From: Methanothrix sp.
GTDB taxonomy: Archaea > Halobacteriota > Methanosarcinia > Methanotrichales > Methanotrichaceae
Length of the DNA: 64,000 bases
NCBI GenBank assembly: GCA_037128175.1
Contig: JBAXWY010000001.1
Coordinates: forward strand, 96,001-160,000
Direction of reading: 5' to 3'
The notes beneath the pieces are model-generated. The model had not been told where the DNA came from. It saw only the letters and a program-made list of their open reading frames with translations, and searched no databases. How positions within the stretch are numbered: position 1 is the first letter of the stretch; each line of letters opens with the position of its first letter. Both the position numbers and the translations under genes were made by a program. Shown here piece after piece: positions 18,173 through 27,707 of the stretch.

Positions 18173-18628
18173 TTGAGCGCATCCCTAAAGCTGGTGTGGG
18201 TGGCGATCGCTTTGCTTCTCCTCCTTTCGCCAGCGGCTCTGGGACAGGGCGGGCAGCTCTTTTTGAATGTCTATGTGGATGGCACCCCTGGTAAAGCGCT
18301 GGTCGTGGGCAACGTGGACGACGTCTCCGGCCTGGCCTTTCTGAATACCTCTGATAAGATCTACGAGGATAACGGCCAGCTTTATGCTGTTTGCGATTCT
18401 CTGGTCGAGAAAGACGGAAATGGCTGGAAGCTGTCGTTTCCCGCCAGCGGCTATTATGATGAGTATCATGCCGTATTCTTTGTCTCGGGAGGCTTTGCCT
18501 TCCAGGAGATCAACTGCACAACGGGACTGGAGATTCTCTCCTCCGCCCACAATGACTCAATAGTGCTGGATGTGCAGGGGTTTGGGCTGACCGATCCCGT
18601 GGTCCATTTTAGCTACGCGGCATCGTGA
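18173..18628 (+). CDS. Secreted stand-alone paralogue of the ectodomain of the 15028 regulator
   Basis: LNVYVD..GKALV.G..DDVSGLAFL...QLYA..D.L..K.G..W.LSF....G.YD.Y...DVQG...DP aligns end to end with the 15028 ectodomain. Confidence 0.8.
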   Translation: MSASLKLVWVAIALLLLLSPAALGQGGQLFLNVYVDGTPGKALVVGNVDDVSGLAFLNTSDKIYEDNGQLYAVCDSLVEKDGNGWKLSFPASGYYDEYHAVFFVSGGFAFQEINCTTGLEILSSAHNDSIVLDVQGFGLTDPVVHFSYAAS

Positions 18629-18758
18629 ATCTCAGATCAATGCAGTTCGGGCTTGTTGCAACGATTCGAAGGTCAAATTACAAAATCTATAGTTTGTGTC
18701 AGAACAGCTATAAAGACAGAAAAATAGTACCTAATAGCTAAAGCGGGACGGAAATAAC

Positions 18759-19097
18759 GTGATACCTTGGTTTCTGGCAGCATCAGCATCGTTGGTTCCA
18801 AGCGATATAGACGTCGGGTTTGAACCACATGAGCAAACGGAACTTATCCTCTGGCTCATTGTGGCCGCAGTATCTTTAATTCCACTTGTGATATTTTCCA
18901 TAAGCTATAGCCGAGTAAGAAGCGCGAAACTGCTAATAACTACCTTGGCATTTTTGCTTTTCTTTATCAAAGCACTGATTTTGGCAATGAAACTCTTCAT
19001 GCCCAATTACGTAGATGAAATCTGGTGGGCAGTTGCGGCTGTATTGGATATCATGATAATCAGTCTAATCGCCTATTCCTTAAGCAGGAAGTCATAA
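18759..19097 (+). CDS. Small three-TM membrane protein
   Basis: Three hydrophobic segments; 6 bp upstream of the wHTH gene. Confidence 0.7.
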   Translation: MIPWFLAASASLVPSDIDVGFEPHEQTELILWLIVAAVSLIPLVIFSISYSRVRSAKLLITTLAFLLFFIKALILAMKLFMPNYVDEIWWAVAAVLDIMIISLIAYSLSRKS

Positions 19098-19103
19098 AAT
19101 CAT

Positions 19104-19622
19104 ATGCAAGATGATGTCACCCTTGAGAATCGAAGGCTAATCTTCGACTATATCTCAGAGAATCCTGGTGTTCATCTAAGAAAAATCTCAAGAGATATTA
19201 ATATCCATCTAAGTACATTAAGATATCATCTCGATTATCTTGAATCAAAAGGATTAATAACAAGCCAAAGGGAAGATAATCTAAAAATATATTTTGCTTC
19301 GGGTAAGCTTAATCCTCAGGAAAAAAAGCTAACTCCTTTACTTCAACAGAAGCGTTTTAGAGACATAATCCTCGCCATAATAGGATCTCACGAGCCTACA
19401 TCATCAGAAATAGCAGAAAAATTATTGATGAATCCATCAACAACTTCGAAATACATCAATATTTTAGAGGAACGAGAGGTAATATCCCACAAAAAGATCG
19501 GCAGAGAGAAGAGATATCATATAGACAACGAAGAAAGCGTTGTTAAGCTTTTGCTGACTTATAAAAAGTCATTTTGGGATTCCTTTGTTGACAATGTTTT
19601 AGAGCTGTATCTCGAAAGATAA
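19104..19622 (+). CDS. Double winged-HTH transcriptional regulator (ArsR/MarR-like)
   Basis: RRLIFDYISENPGVHLRKI...STLRYHLDYLE; second HTH SEIAEKL..NPSTTSKYINILE. Confidence 0.88.
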   Translation: MQDDVTLENRRLIFDYISENPGVHLRKISRDINIHLSTLRYHLDYLESKGLITSQREDNLKIYFASGKLNPQEKKLTPLLQQKRFRDIILAIIGSHEPTSSEIAEKLLMNPSTTSKYINILEEREVISHKKIGREKRYHIDNEESVVKLLLTYKKSFWDSFVDNVLELYLER

Positions 19623-19850
19623 TGGTTTACACTTTGTACTACAATTGACATTTTGTGTCAAAAAGTCCTTATATACATCAATACATGTTAAGGAATATGC
19701 TAATCCGCGTCCCCCAATATCACATCCCTCTGTACGGATATGCGGATTAGTCCTCCTAATTGTAGGAAATACAATCGATATGAAGAGATCTACGAAATGC
19801 GGATTGGTGCTTCTTACCATGCTTATGGCGCTCTCAATCGGGGTGGCCTT
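19564..19850 (+). repeat. Diverged direct repeat copy 1 (wHTH 3' end, promoter, lamin-tail gene 5' end)
   Basis: Matches 20883-21202, e.g. TTTGTTGACAATGTTTT...GATAATGGTT and ATGAAGAGATCTA...ACCATGCTTATGGCGCTCTC. Confidence 0.8.
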
Positions 19851-19920
19851 GAGGGGAGAAGGACCCGGCTGCCAACAAGGCAACCGACCAATGATATTGG
19901 GGTGCCAAAAATATGAATAG
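19780..19920 (+). pseudogene. Truncated duplicate of the 21132 gene (signal peptide only)
   Basis: MKRSTKCGLVLLTMLMALSIGVAL versus MKRSMKYGLVLVTMLMALSIGVAF, then unrelated sequence. Confidence 0.75.
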
Positions 19921-20034
19921 GAATGTAGTAATTGTTTTTATCCTTACACTCAGATGATAATCGCTCTTTCAAGCTTGCTGATAAATCTCTTCTGGGACAC
20001 CAAGAAAAAAAGAACTTATGGGGAGTGAGAAATC

Positions 20035-20201
20035 TGACCTACATAATCATTGCAGAAAACCTTACCAAGTCGTATGGGAATAGAAAGGCAGTCGACGACC
20101 TGACACTCCACATACCAGAGGGAGAATTCTTTGGATTCCTAGGACCAAACGACGCAGGAAAAACGACAACCATAATCTATGAAGAAAAGATTAGTGAATA
20201 G
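20035..20201 (+). pseudogene. N-terminal fragment of an ABC transporter ATP-binding protein
   Basis: [43 protein letters not shown], truncated right after a mutated Walker A. Confidence 0.8.
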
Positions 20202-20835
20202 AAAGATCGCCCTGGCATTTGTGCTGATGCTTGTGCCTGCAATCACGCTCTCGTATTTAGCAAGCGTGTTCACTGTCTTGCCCTTCGACCTGAAGTCCTA
20301 CCACGAGTTGCAAGAGGAAGCAAACCCATTATTTAACATTTTAATGCAATGGGTCAGCTATCTCGGCGAAACCGCGATTTCGATGTCACTGACTGCCATC
20401 ATTGTTGCGACATTTGCATCGCGACGCCAATGGCTAGAGGCGATCTTTATGCTAGCGACAACCAGCAGCGTATTGCTGACTTTTGCGCTGAAGGAGGTCA
20501 TCCATCGAGCACGTCCATTCCCGTTAGCTGAAAATGCAACCGGGCTCATACAGAAGATCAACCAATACAGTTATCCGAGCGGACACGTCCTGTTTTTTGT
20601 CGTCTTTTTTGGATTTTTCGCTTATCTTGCATGGATGCACTTTACTGGACGGGTGCAGATGATCGTCATTATCATTTGTTCTACATTGATCGTTCTAATC
20701 GGACCATCACGTATATTTCTTGGAGCACATTGGGCGAGCGACGTTATAGGTAGTTATATCATCGGCACGATATGGCTATTTGTTTTGATTCTCGCATATC
20801 AAGAGGTGATGCGCAGGAGAGATCATGATCCCTAG
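20179..20835 (+). CDS. PAP2-family membrane phosphatase
   Basis: [26 protein letters not shown]. Confidence 0.92.
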   Translation: MKKRLVNRKIALAFVLMLVPAITLSYLASVFTVLPFDLKSYHELQEEANPLFNILMQWVSYLGETAISMSLTAIIVATFASRRQWLEAIFMLATTSSVLLTFALKEVIHRARPFPLAENATGLIQKINQYSYPSGHVLFFVVFFGFFAYLAWMHFTGRVQMIVIIICSTLIVLIGPSRIFLGAHWASDVIGSYIIGTIWLFVLILAYQEVMRRRDHDP

Positions 20836-20882
20836 GTCGAGCCTAACCTTCAAGGAGGCCGAAGGTAGACAAAACCCCATCT

Positions 20883-21202
20883 AAATCCTTTTTGGATTCT
20901 TTTGTTGACAATGTTTTGGAACGATATCTTTAAGGATAATGGTTAATTTTTTGTTTTATAATGGACACTTTGTACTATAATCTACAATTTGTGTCACAAA
21001 GGCCATATATGAAACAGGACAAGCAAATTAGTAGTAATTCGCATACCTCCAGATCCGCCTCCCTCGAATCTGGTAGTGCTCCGGATAAACGAATTACTCA
21101 CCCAAACAGAAAAAACACATAAGGTGTCTATATGAAGAGATCTATGAAATATGGATTGGTGCTTGTCACCATGCTTATGGCGCTCTCGATTGGAGTTGCC
21201 TT
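20883..21202 (+). repeat. Diverged direct repeat copy 2
   Basis: Matches 19564-19850; includes a decayed wHTH 3' end. Confidence 0.8.
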
Positions 21203-21671
21203 TGGAGAAAATGTCACAACGGCTGATAAGATGATGCCGTCGAATGTAGTGAATGTAGCTACTGCGGGATCAAATGCAAATGTGGCAGATGCCGCAGATG
21301 CGAAGGAGAAAGAAGCCGTTGATAAGAATGAAACTGGTGAGGACAATGTCATCATTGACAACGTAACTTTTAGCACGACAACCCAGTATGTTGAACTCAA
21401 AAACAATGAGACATCAGGACAAGACCTAACTGGCTGGAAGCTTGAGGTACAGAATAAGGCGGTATTTACCTTCCCTAAGTTCATGCTAGATGCAAATGCT
21501 ACCGTCGCGGTTCATACAGGAACAGGAAAAGATAGCAAGACAGACCTCTATGCTACAAATTCATTGATCTCCAAATCAGATGAAGAAGTTTCCTTGCGGG
21601 ATGCAAATGGTGCAATAGTTAGCACTTCAGAAGAACCTAATGAGACATCCGATAAGCCTACAGATGCTTGA
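21132..21671 (+). CDS. Secreted lamin-tail-domain (LTD) protein
   Basis: Signal peptide; YVELKN...QDLTGWKL...FTFP..L..NATVAVHTG.G...LRDANG. Confidence 0.88.
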   Translation: MKRSMKYGLVLVTMLMALSIGVAFGENVTTADKMMPSNVVNVATAGSNANVADAADAKEKEAVDKNETGEDNVIIDNVTFSTTTQYVELKNNETSGQDLTGWKLEVQNKAVFTFPKFMLDANATVAVHTGTGKDSKTDLYATNSLISKSDEEVSLRDANGAIVSTSEEPNETSDKPTDA

Positions 21672-21902
21672 GCTGAAAAAGAGGCATCTCAAAACAATAT
21701 CGTCGATGTTGGACTCGAACCTAGCGAGGAGATCGAGCTGATACTTAATATAAGATCTTATGATGAGCCCGTATGAAAACGCTTTCCAATTTATGGGCAT
21801 GCATATTGATAGTTGCGATAATCTCAATCGCAATCATATCTACGGGCCCATCTCTCGTACAAAACATAAGAATCGGCTTGGAATTCAAAGGTAGATACGA
21901 AA

Positions 21903-23156
21903 ATGAACACAATAGATAATCAATCAAGGATTTCCTTCAAGGCAGGAGAGCAGTTGTTAAGCAAAGTTCCGGAAATCACCCTTTATTTCTGGACCATCAA
22001 AGTCCTTTGTACCACGGTTGGCGAAACCGCATCGGATTTCTTGAACGTTAATTTGAATTTTGGCTTGACTGGTACTTCCATTGTAGTGGGGATTTTATTG
22101 TTGATTGCGCTATTTTTCCAATTTAGGGCAAAGAGATACATTCCCGGAATCTATTGGATAACAGTGGTCTTGATTAGCATCTTTGGCACTTTGGTAACAG
22201 ATAATTTAAGCGATGCCATGAATGTTCCTCTTGAGTTGAGCACGATAGCGTTCAGCATTTTGCTGGCAATAACTTTTGCCATTTGGTATGCCAAAGAAAA
22301 AACGCTTTCCATCCATTCAATTTTTACAAGGCAAAGAGAAGCATTTTATTGGCTGGCAATTCTTTTTACATTTGCCCTAGGAACAGCGTCGGGCGATTTG
22401 ATGGCTGAAAGTCTTGGTCTTGGCTATTTAACTACCGGCGTGATTGTCGTCGCAACGGTTGCATTCTTTGCCATCGGTTGGAAAATGGGGTTGGATTCCG
22501 TTCTGGCATTTTGGGTTATTTACATTATGACACGGCCGCTGGGTGCTTCCATGGGAGATTTTCTGTCACAACCCCAAAAATACGGAGGATTGGATCTTGG
22601 AGCGACGGTTACTACTTTCATATTTACTGGAGCAATCCTGACAACAGTCCTTTTCCTTTCGATCACCAAAAAGGATTTAATTGCCAAACCATCAATTGGC
22701 GAGGTGGAAATTAAACCACAACGTAAACCACAACGCATTCCTGCGATTTGGCAAACTGCAACCGTTATTTGTTTGCTGTTGGTTGTTTCAGGATCCGGCT
22801 ACTATTGGTGCCATTCAGCGCTCCAGGCCAAGGCAAATATTTTATCGCAAGCAGATAATTCATCCGGGCAAGCCACCAAGGCACCACCTTTGGGTGATTT
22901 GACGGTTTTCAAGACGATAACCCAGGATACGCTTGATTTTGTGAACGCCAACAATTTGTCGGGCGCAAAAACCCAGGTTAATGATCTGGAATACGAATGG
23001 GACAATTCCGAAGCTCGCTTGAAACCGATGAATCCGACCAAATGGACGGAAATCGATACCGCCATCGATCAGGTATTGCGGCAAGTCCGCGCCGTAAATC
23101 CAAATGCCGCCACCTGCAAGTCTTCGCTTCAGGCATTATTGACTAAGCTGAAATAA
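21903..23156 (+). CDS. DUF347/COG4705 membrane protein with C-terminal soluble helical extension
   Basis: KVPEITLYFW.IKVLCTTVGETASD, E.TLSIHSI...REAFYW...TFALGTA.GD, YIMTRPLGASMGD. Confidence 0.88.
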   Translation: MNTIDNQSRISFKAGEQLLSKVPEITLYFWTIKVLCTTVGETASDFLNVNLNFGLTGTSIVVGILLLIALFFQFRAKRYIPGIYWITVVLISIFGTLVTDNLSDAMNVPLELSTIAFSILLAITFAIWYAKEKTLSIHSIFTRQREAFYWLAILFTFALGTASGDLMAESLGLGYLTTGVIVVATVAFFAIGWKMGLDSVLAFWVIYIMTRPLGASMGDFLSQPQKYGGLDLGATVTTFIFTGAILTTVLFLSITKKDLIAKPSIGEVEIKPQRKPQRIPAIWQTATVICLLLVVSGSGYYWCHSALQAKANILSQADNSSGQATKAPPLGDLTVFKTITQDTLDFVNANNLSGAKTQVNDLEYEWDNSEARLKPMNPTKWTEIDTAIDQVLRQVRAVNPNAATCKSSLQALLTKLK

Positions 23157-23210
23157 TCTCATATCCTGGCCCATTAAACGCCCGATCAGATATAACGCAT
23201 AGCTAAGAGT

Positions 23211-23357
23211 AGTGAAACTGCGGCGGCGCACCCACGCGCAGCAAGCTGCAGGGCATCCGAGGCGCCGCCGCATGAAAATGGAACCAGGTAGGGCTGATCC
23301 AAGCCTAAGTTGAATACGTATGCCCTTTATCCCAGTCGTAGCAAGCTGCGGGGTATT
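23211..23357 (-). mobile_element. Non-autonomous palindrome-ended element, copy 2 (inverted)
   Basis: Reverse complement aligns along its length with 4370-4511. Confidence 0.75.
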
Positions 23358-23469
23358 CATCAAAAATAAATGAAGTGAGAACATCTAGTGCTTCGCAAAT
23401 AACTTCGGGATGGAAGCATATATCGGGATAGACTCTTATTTTCTCCATTTTCACGCCGCCTTCCTACGC

Positions 23470-24444
23470 TCAGGCCCACGTCACCGCCACATCGTCCGTC
23501 CTGTACCCCGGCCGCACCTTCGACTCCGCGATCGGCGTTGTCGCCCCGCTTTTCAGCATGACCAATCCTGTGTAGGCGATCATGCTGCCGTTATCGCCCA
23601 TGAACTTTCGCGGCGGCAAAAAGAATTTCGCGCCTCTCTCCTCGCACATGATATTGAGCATCTCGCCCAGCCTCTTGTTGGCACCTACGCCCCCCACCAG
23701 CATGGCTTCCTTTTTTTCGGCATGGGCCATGGCCCGCTCTGTGACTTCCACCAGCATGGCGAAGGCCGTCTCCTGCAGGCTAAAGCAGACATCATTCAGA
23801 TCGTACTTCTTGGCCGCCTCTGTGGCCGCTGTAGACAGGCCGGAGAAAGAGAGGTCCATGCCCTTCACAGTGTAGGGCAGGGGGATGTACTGCTTCGATT
23901 CGCGGGCCAGCTCCTCCACCTTGGGCCCGCCCGGATGGGCAAGTCCCACAGAGCGGGCGAACTTGTCGATGGCATTTCCCACGCTGATGTCCAGGGTCTC
24001 GCCGAAAATTCTATAGTGGCCCTGGCGCAACGCCAAAACTTGCGAGTTGGCCCCGCTCACGTAAATGACCGCAGGGTCATGCGCCCCGGATTGCCATTTG
24101 CCCACTTCAATGTGCGCCACGCAGTGATTGACGCCGACAAGGGGTACGGCAAAGCGCAGAGAGAGGGTGCGCGCCGCGGTAGCCACGGTGCGCAGGCACG
24201 GCCCCAGTCCCGGACCCTGGGAGAAGGCGACGGCATCGATCTTTAAGCCCTGCTGGCGAGAGTAGGCCAGCACCTCTCCCACTACCTTGGCCATGTATTC
24301 CGCATGATGCTGGGCCGCCTCGCGAGGGTGGATGCCGCCTTTGGCCGGGGTGTAGGTGGCGCTCTTCTCGTAAATCACACCCTGCTCGTCCACCAGAGCG
24401 GCGCTCAGGTTCCAGGCCGTTCCTTCCAGGCCGAATATTATCAT
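23470..24444 (-). CDS. kae1: KEOPS t6A synthase Kae1
   Basis: GLEGTAW, GGIHPREAAQHH, GPGLGPCL, VNHCVAHIE, GETLDISVGNAIDKFAR, DNGSMIA. Confidence 0.96.
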   Translation of the reverse strand: MIIFGLEGTAWNLSAALVDEQGVIYEKSATYTPAKGGIHPREAAQHHAEYMAKVVGEVLAYSRQQGLKIDAVAFSQGPGLGPCLRTVATAARTLSLRFAVPLVGVNHCVAHIEVGKWQSGAHDPAVIYVSGANSQVLALRQGHYRIFGETLDISVGNAIDKFARSVGLAHPGGPKVEELARESKQYIPLPYTVKGMDLSFSGLSTAATEAAKKYDLNDVCFSLQETAFAMLVEVTERAMAHAEKKEAMLVGGVGANKRLGEMLNIMCEERGAKFFLPPRKFMGDNGSMIAYTGLVMLKSGATTPIAESKVRPGYRTDDVAVTWA

Positions 24445-24471
24445 AGTAGCTGTAGCTCCTGTTTTTCCTTT

Positions 24472-25893
24472 TCAGACGTAGCCCTGGCCGATGTCCTTTC
24501 GGTAGCGCATTCCATTGAAACGGATGCGTTTGATGTTGTCGTAAGCCTTGATCCAGGCCTCGGCCAGGCTCTGGCCGCGCGCGACCAGGGTCAACACCCG
24601 GCCGCCCGTGGTAAACAGCCTTCTCTTGCCCGTGGCATCCTGGCCAAAGGCCGTGCCGTTGTGGTAGACCAGGACCTCTGGGTCCACCTTCTCCAGGCCG
24701 GTGATGGGCATGTTGGTGTAGTGCTCTCCCGGATAGCCGGGCCGCTCCTCGCCTCCGGCTGAAGCCAATGGCTTGATGGCCCGGCCAGATGTGGCGCAGA
24801 TCCCCAGGCAATAGTCACGCGACCACTGCAGCGGCACCGTGGCGAGCTTTCTGTCCAGCAATGCCTCAGAAAGAAGGAAGAAGTCCGTCTCCAGGCGGGG
24901 CAGAATGACCTGCGTCTCCGGATCACCCAGGCGCACATTGATCTCCAGCACGGACGGCTCCCTTTCTTCTGAGATCATGAGCCCGAAGTAGATCACGCCC
25001 ACGTATTCGTGCCCTGTGGCCTCATGAAAGCCATGCACCGTGGGCAGGGCAATTCTATTCATTATCTTCTCGGTCAGCTCCTCGTCCAGCCAGGGGTGGG
25101 GCGAGAATCCGCCCATGCCGCCGGTGTTGGGATTGTTCTCTAAATTGGGGTTATTGGAGAGCTTATTGAAGAGCCGGACGGCAACAGCCTCGTCTGCGGA
25201 AAAAGCCTGCTTGTAGTCTAAAGCCGACTCCAACGGCTGAACCGTCCTGCCGTCACTAAGGGCAAAAAACATCAGCTCGCGTCCTTCCAGCCGCTTTTCG
25301 ATCTCGATTCTTTCTCCCGCCTTACCAAAGAGCTTGGGGCTGACCATAATGCGCTCGATTGTTGACCGGGCCTCCTCTTCTGTGGAGCAGACTATGGAGC
25401 CCTTTCCTGCGGCCAGACCGTCCGCCTTGATCACCAGGCCGTGGCCGGGATTTTCCGAGCAGAACTGGTGGACGTACTCTCTGGCAGCAGCCGGGTCATC
25501 GAAATTTTTGCAGGGCGGCACAGGAACATTCAGCCTCTTGAGAAGATCTTTGGTGGTGCACTTGCTGTTCTCAAGGATCGCAGCCTCTTTCTTGGGGCCC
25601 AGGATTCTCTGGCCTTCTTCCTGAAATATATTGACAATACCATCGGACAGGTAGCCTTCCGGCCCGACAAAGGTCATGTCTATCCTTTCCTGTTTTGCAA
25701 AAGCGAGCAGTTCAAGAATGGTCTTGGGAGGCTTGCCTTGCACCGTTGCCAGGCGGCACTTCTCGGTCATCTCGCTGCCTGCATTGCCGGGAGCCACGAA
25801 TACCGTCTCCACGCTGCCGCTTCGGGCAAAGGCATGGGCTATGGCATTTCCTCTGCCTCCTGCGTCCACTACGAAAACTCTTTTGCCTGACAT
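24472..25893 (-). CDS. purD: Phosphoribosylamine-glycine ligase
   Basis: VAPGNAG, VIKADGLAAGKG, PNTGGMG, EINVRLGDPETQ, GGRVL, YRKDIG. Confidence 0.96.
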   Translation of the reverse strand: MSGKRVFVVDAGGRGNAIAHAFARSGSVETVFVAPGNAGSEMTEKCRLATVQGKPPKTILELLAFAKQERIDMTFVGPEGYLSDGIVNIFQEEGQRILGPKKEAAILENSKCTTKDLLKRLNVPVPPCKNFDDPAAAREYVHQFCSENPGHGLVIKADGLAAGKGSIVCSTEEEARSTIERIMVSPKLFGKAGERIEIEKRLEGRELMFFALSDGRTVQPLESALDYKQAFSADEAVAVRLFNKLSNNPNLENNPNTGGMGGFSPHPWLDEELTEKIMNRIALPTVHGFHEATGHEYVGVIYFGLMISEEREPSVLEINVRLGDPETQVILPRLETDFFLLSEALLDRKLATVPLQWSRDYCLGICATSGRAIKPLASAGGEERPGYPGEHYTNMPITGLEKVDPEVLVYHNGTAFGQDATGKRRLFTTGGRVLTLVARGQSLAEAWIKAYDNIKRIRFNGMRYRKDIGQGYV

Positions 25894-25972
25894 CAAATCC
25901 CTTATGAATAGATAACCCTAGATAAGCATAATTGCTGGCGCAAGAATTGCGACGCCAGAAAGCAACGCAGCC

Positions 25973-25986
25973 GGAATAGCCATTCC
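25973..25986. promoter_or_regulatory. NrpR-type operator candidate GGAA-N6-TTCC
   Basis: GGAATAGCCATTCC just upstream of the TATA-like TTATTTAAAA of glnA; matches the Methanococcus NrpR operator consensus. Confidence 0.6.
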
Positions 25987-26124
25987 CATGGATAGTTATT
26001 TAAAACACTAGGTTGAGCCAGAATCGTAGATACAATCACGCCCCGGCATATGGGCAATAGATTTCACTCTCGCGGATTTCTGTTTATGAATGATCCGCAA
26101 AACGGCGCAGGAGATGATAATACA

Positions 26125-27450
26125 ATGTACTCTCAGGAGCAGGTGCTTAAAATCGTTCAGGAGAAGAACGTAGAGTTCCTCCGGCTACAGTTCACGGATA
26201 TATCGGGAATTGTGAAGAACGTGGCCATTCCCGCCACCCAGATAGGAAAAGCCTTGAAGAGCGGCATATCTTTTGACGGCTCTTCCATTGAGGGATTTGC
26301 CAGAATCCAGGAGTCGGATATGGTCCTGCAACCAGACCTTTCCACTTTCAGCCTCTTGCCCTGGCGCTCGAAGGACGGCTCTAATGAAGCCCGGCTGATC
26401 TGCGATGTGCATCTGCCCAACGGGAAACCCTTCGAGGGCGATCCCCGCCGTGTCCTGCGCCTGCAGCTCGAAAAAGCCCAGGAGATGGGCTTTAAGATGA
26501 ATGTCGGCCCAGAGCTGGAGTTCTTCCTCTTCGAAAAGCAAAATGGCGGCAGTGCTACCATCCCGCACGATTCTGGGGGCTACTTTGACCTAGGTCCCGT
26601 GGACCTGGCTGAGGATGTGCGCCGCGAGATCGTCCGGGCGCTGACGCAGATGGGCTTTACCATTGAAGCCTCTCATCACGAGGTTGCCAAGGGTCAGCAC
26701 GAGATAGACTTTGTTTATGACGATGCTCTGAAGAATGCCGACAAGGTAGTGACCTTCAAGTATGTCACCAAGACCATCGCCATGAAAGAAGGCCTGCGCG
26801 CCACTTTCATGCCCAAGCCCATTTACGGTGCATCCGGCACGGGAATGCATGCCAATATCTCGCTATTTAGGGGCGGGGAGAATGCGTTCTTCGATTCCGA
26901 AACTGCCACGGGCATCAGCGATCTGGCCCGGTTCTTCGTAGGTGGCTTGATTGAGCACGCCTGTGCCATAACCGCTATTGCCAATCCTCTCATCAACTCT
27001 TATAAGCGATTGGTCTCGGGTTTTGAAGCTCCCGTCTACATCACCTGGTCCGGGCCGAACCGCTCCTCACTAATCCGTATTCCTGCCGGCCGGGGTCTAT
27101 CCACACGCGTGGAGTTCCGTTCACCCGATCCGACCTGCAATCCCTACCTGACCTTTGCCGTAATCCTGGCGGCAGGCATGGACGGAATCAAGAGGGGCAT
27201 CGATCCGGGAGAGCCGGTTGATCTGAATGTCTATCATCTCAGCCCCGCCGAGCGCAAAGAGTTGGGCATCAAGACCCTGCCCGCCAATCTCAAAGAGGCC
27301 CTGGATTATCTGGAAGCGGACAGTGTCGTACGCGAGGCTTTGGGCGAGCATGTTTTTGAGAATATCATGCGCCTTGGTCTTTTGGAGTGGGAGGCTTACA
27401 ACACCTACGTCCATCCCTGGGAGATTGAAAGGTATATCAATGCGTTTTGA
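26125..27450 (+). CDS. glnA: Glutamine synthetase type I
   Basis: FDGSSIEGF, GPELEFF, HHEVA.GQHE, TFMPKP, NSYKRLV.GFEAP, RVEFRSPDP. Confidence 0.98.
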   Translation: MYSQEQVLKIVQEKNVEFLRLQFTDISGIVKNVAIPATQIGKALKSGISFDGSSIEGFARIQESDMVLQPDLSTFSLLPWRSKDGSNEARLICDVHLPNGKPFEGDPRRVLRLQLEKAQEMGFKMNVGPELEFFLFEKQNGGSATIPHDSGGYFDLGPVDLAEDVRREIVRALTQMGFTIEASHHEVAKGQHEIDFVYDDALKNADKVVTFKYVTKTIAMKEGLRATFMPKPIYGASGTGMHANISLFRGGENAFFDSETATGISDLARFFVGGLIEHACAITAIANPLINSYKRLVSGFEAPVYITWSGPNRSSLIRIPAGRGLSTRVEFRSPDPTCNPYLTFAVILAAGMDGIKRGIDPGEPVDLNVYHLSPAERKELGIKTLPANLKEALDYLEADSVVREALGEHVFENIMRLGLLEWEAYNTYVHPWEIERYINAF

Positions 27451-27620
27451 GGGGCATTTACGGCTCCCACCATCTCTTTTTTTTGGCACTTTTTGAATTT
27501 GCTTCTACGGCAAATTTGCTTATCTCTTCCTTTGCCTTTATTGTTAAATGCATGCGCAGGGGCTCTCCGGCAAACTGTCATCCGAAACGTATATATATGG
27601 CATCAACATTGGAGGAGTCC

Positions 27621-27694
27621 GGGCCGGTAGCTTAGTCAGGCAGAGCGAAAGGCTCTTAACCTTTAGGTCGGGGGTTCAAATCCCTCTCGGCCCG
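27621..27694 (+). tRNA. tRNA-Lys(CTT)
   Basis: GGGCCGG/TCGGCCC acceptor stem, anticodon arm AAAGG-CTCTTAA-CCTTT, GGTTCAAATCC T-arm. Confidence 0.95.
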
Positions 27695-27707
27695 CTTTAA
27701 AACAACC

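Noticed and set aside
23410-24246. 278-aa plus-strand ORF and similar long antisense ORFs (e.g. 33032-33883, 46235-46954, 59547-60305)
   Set aside because: Shadow frames of well-supported GC-rich genes on the opposite strand.
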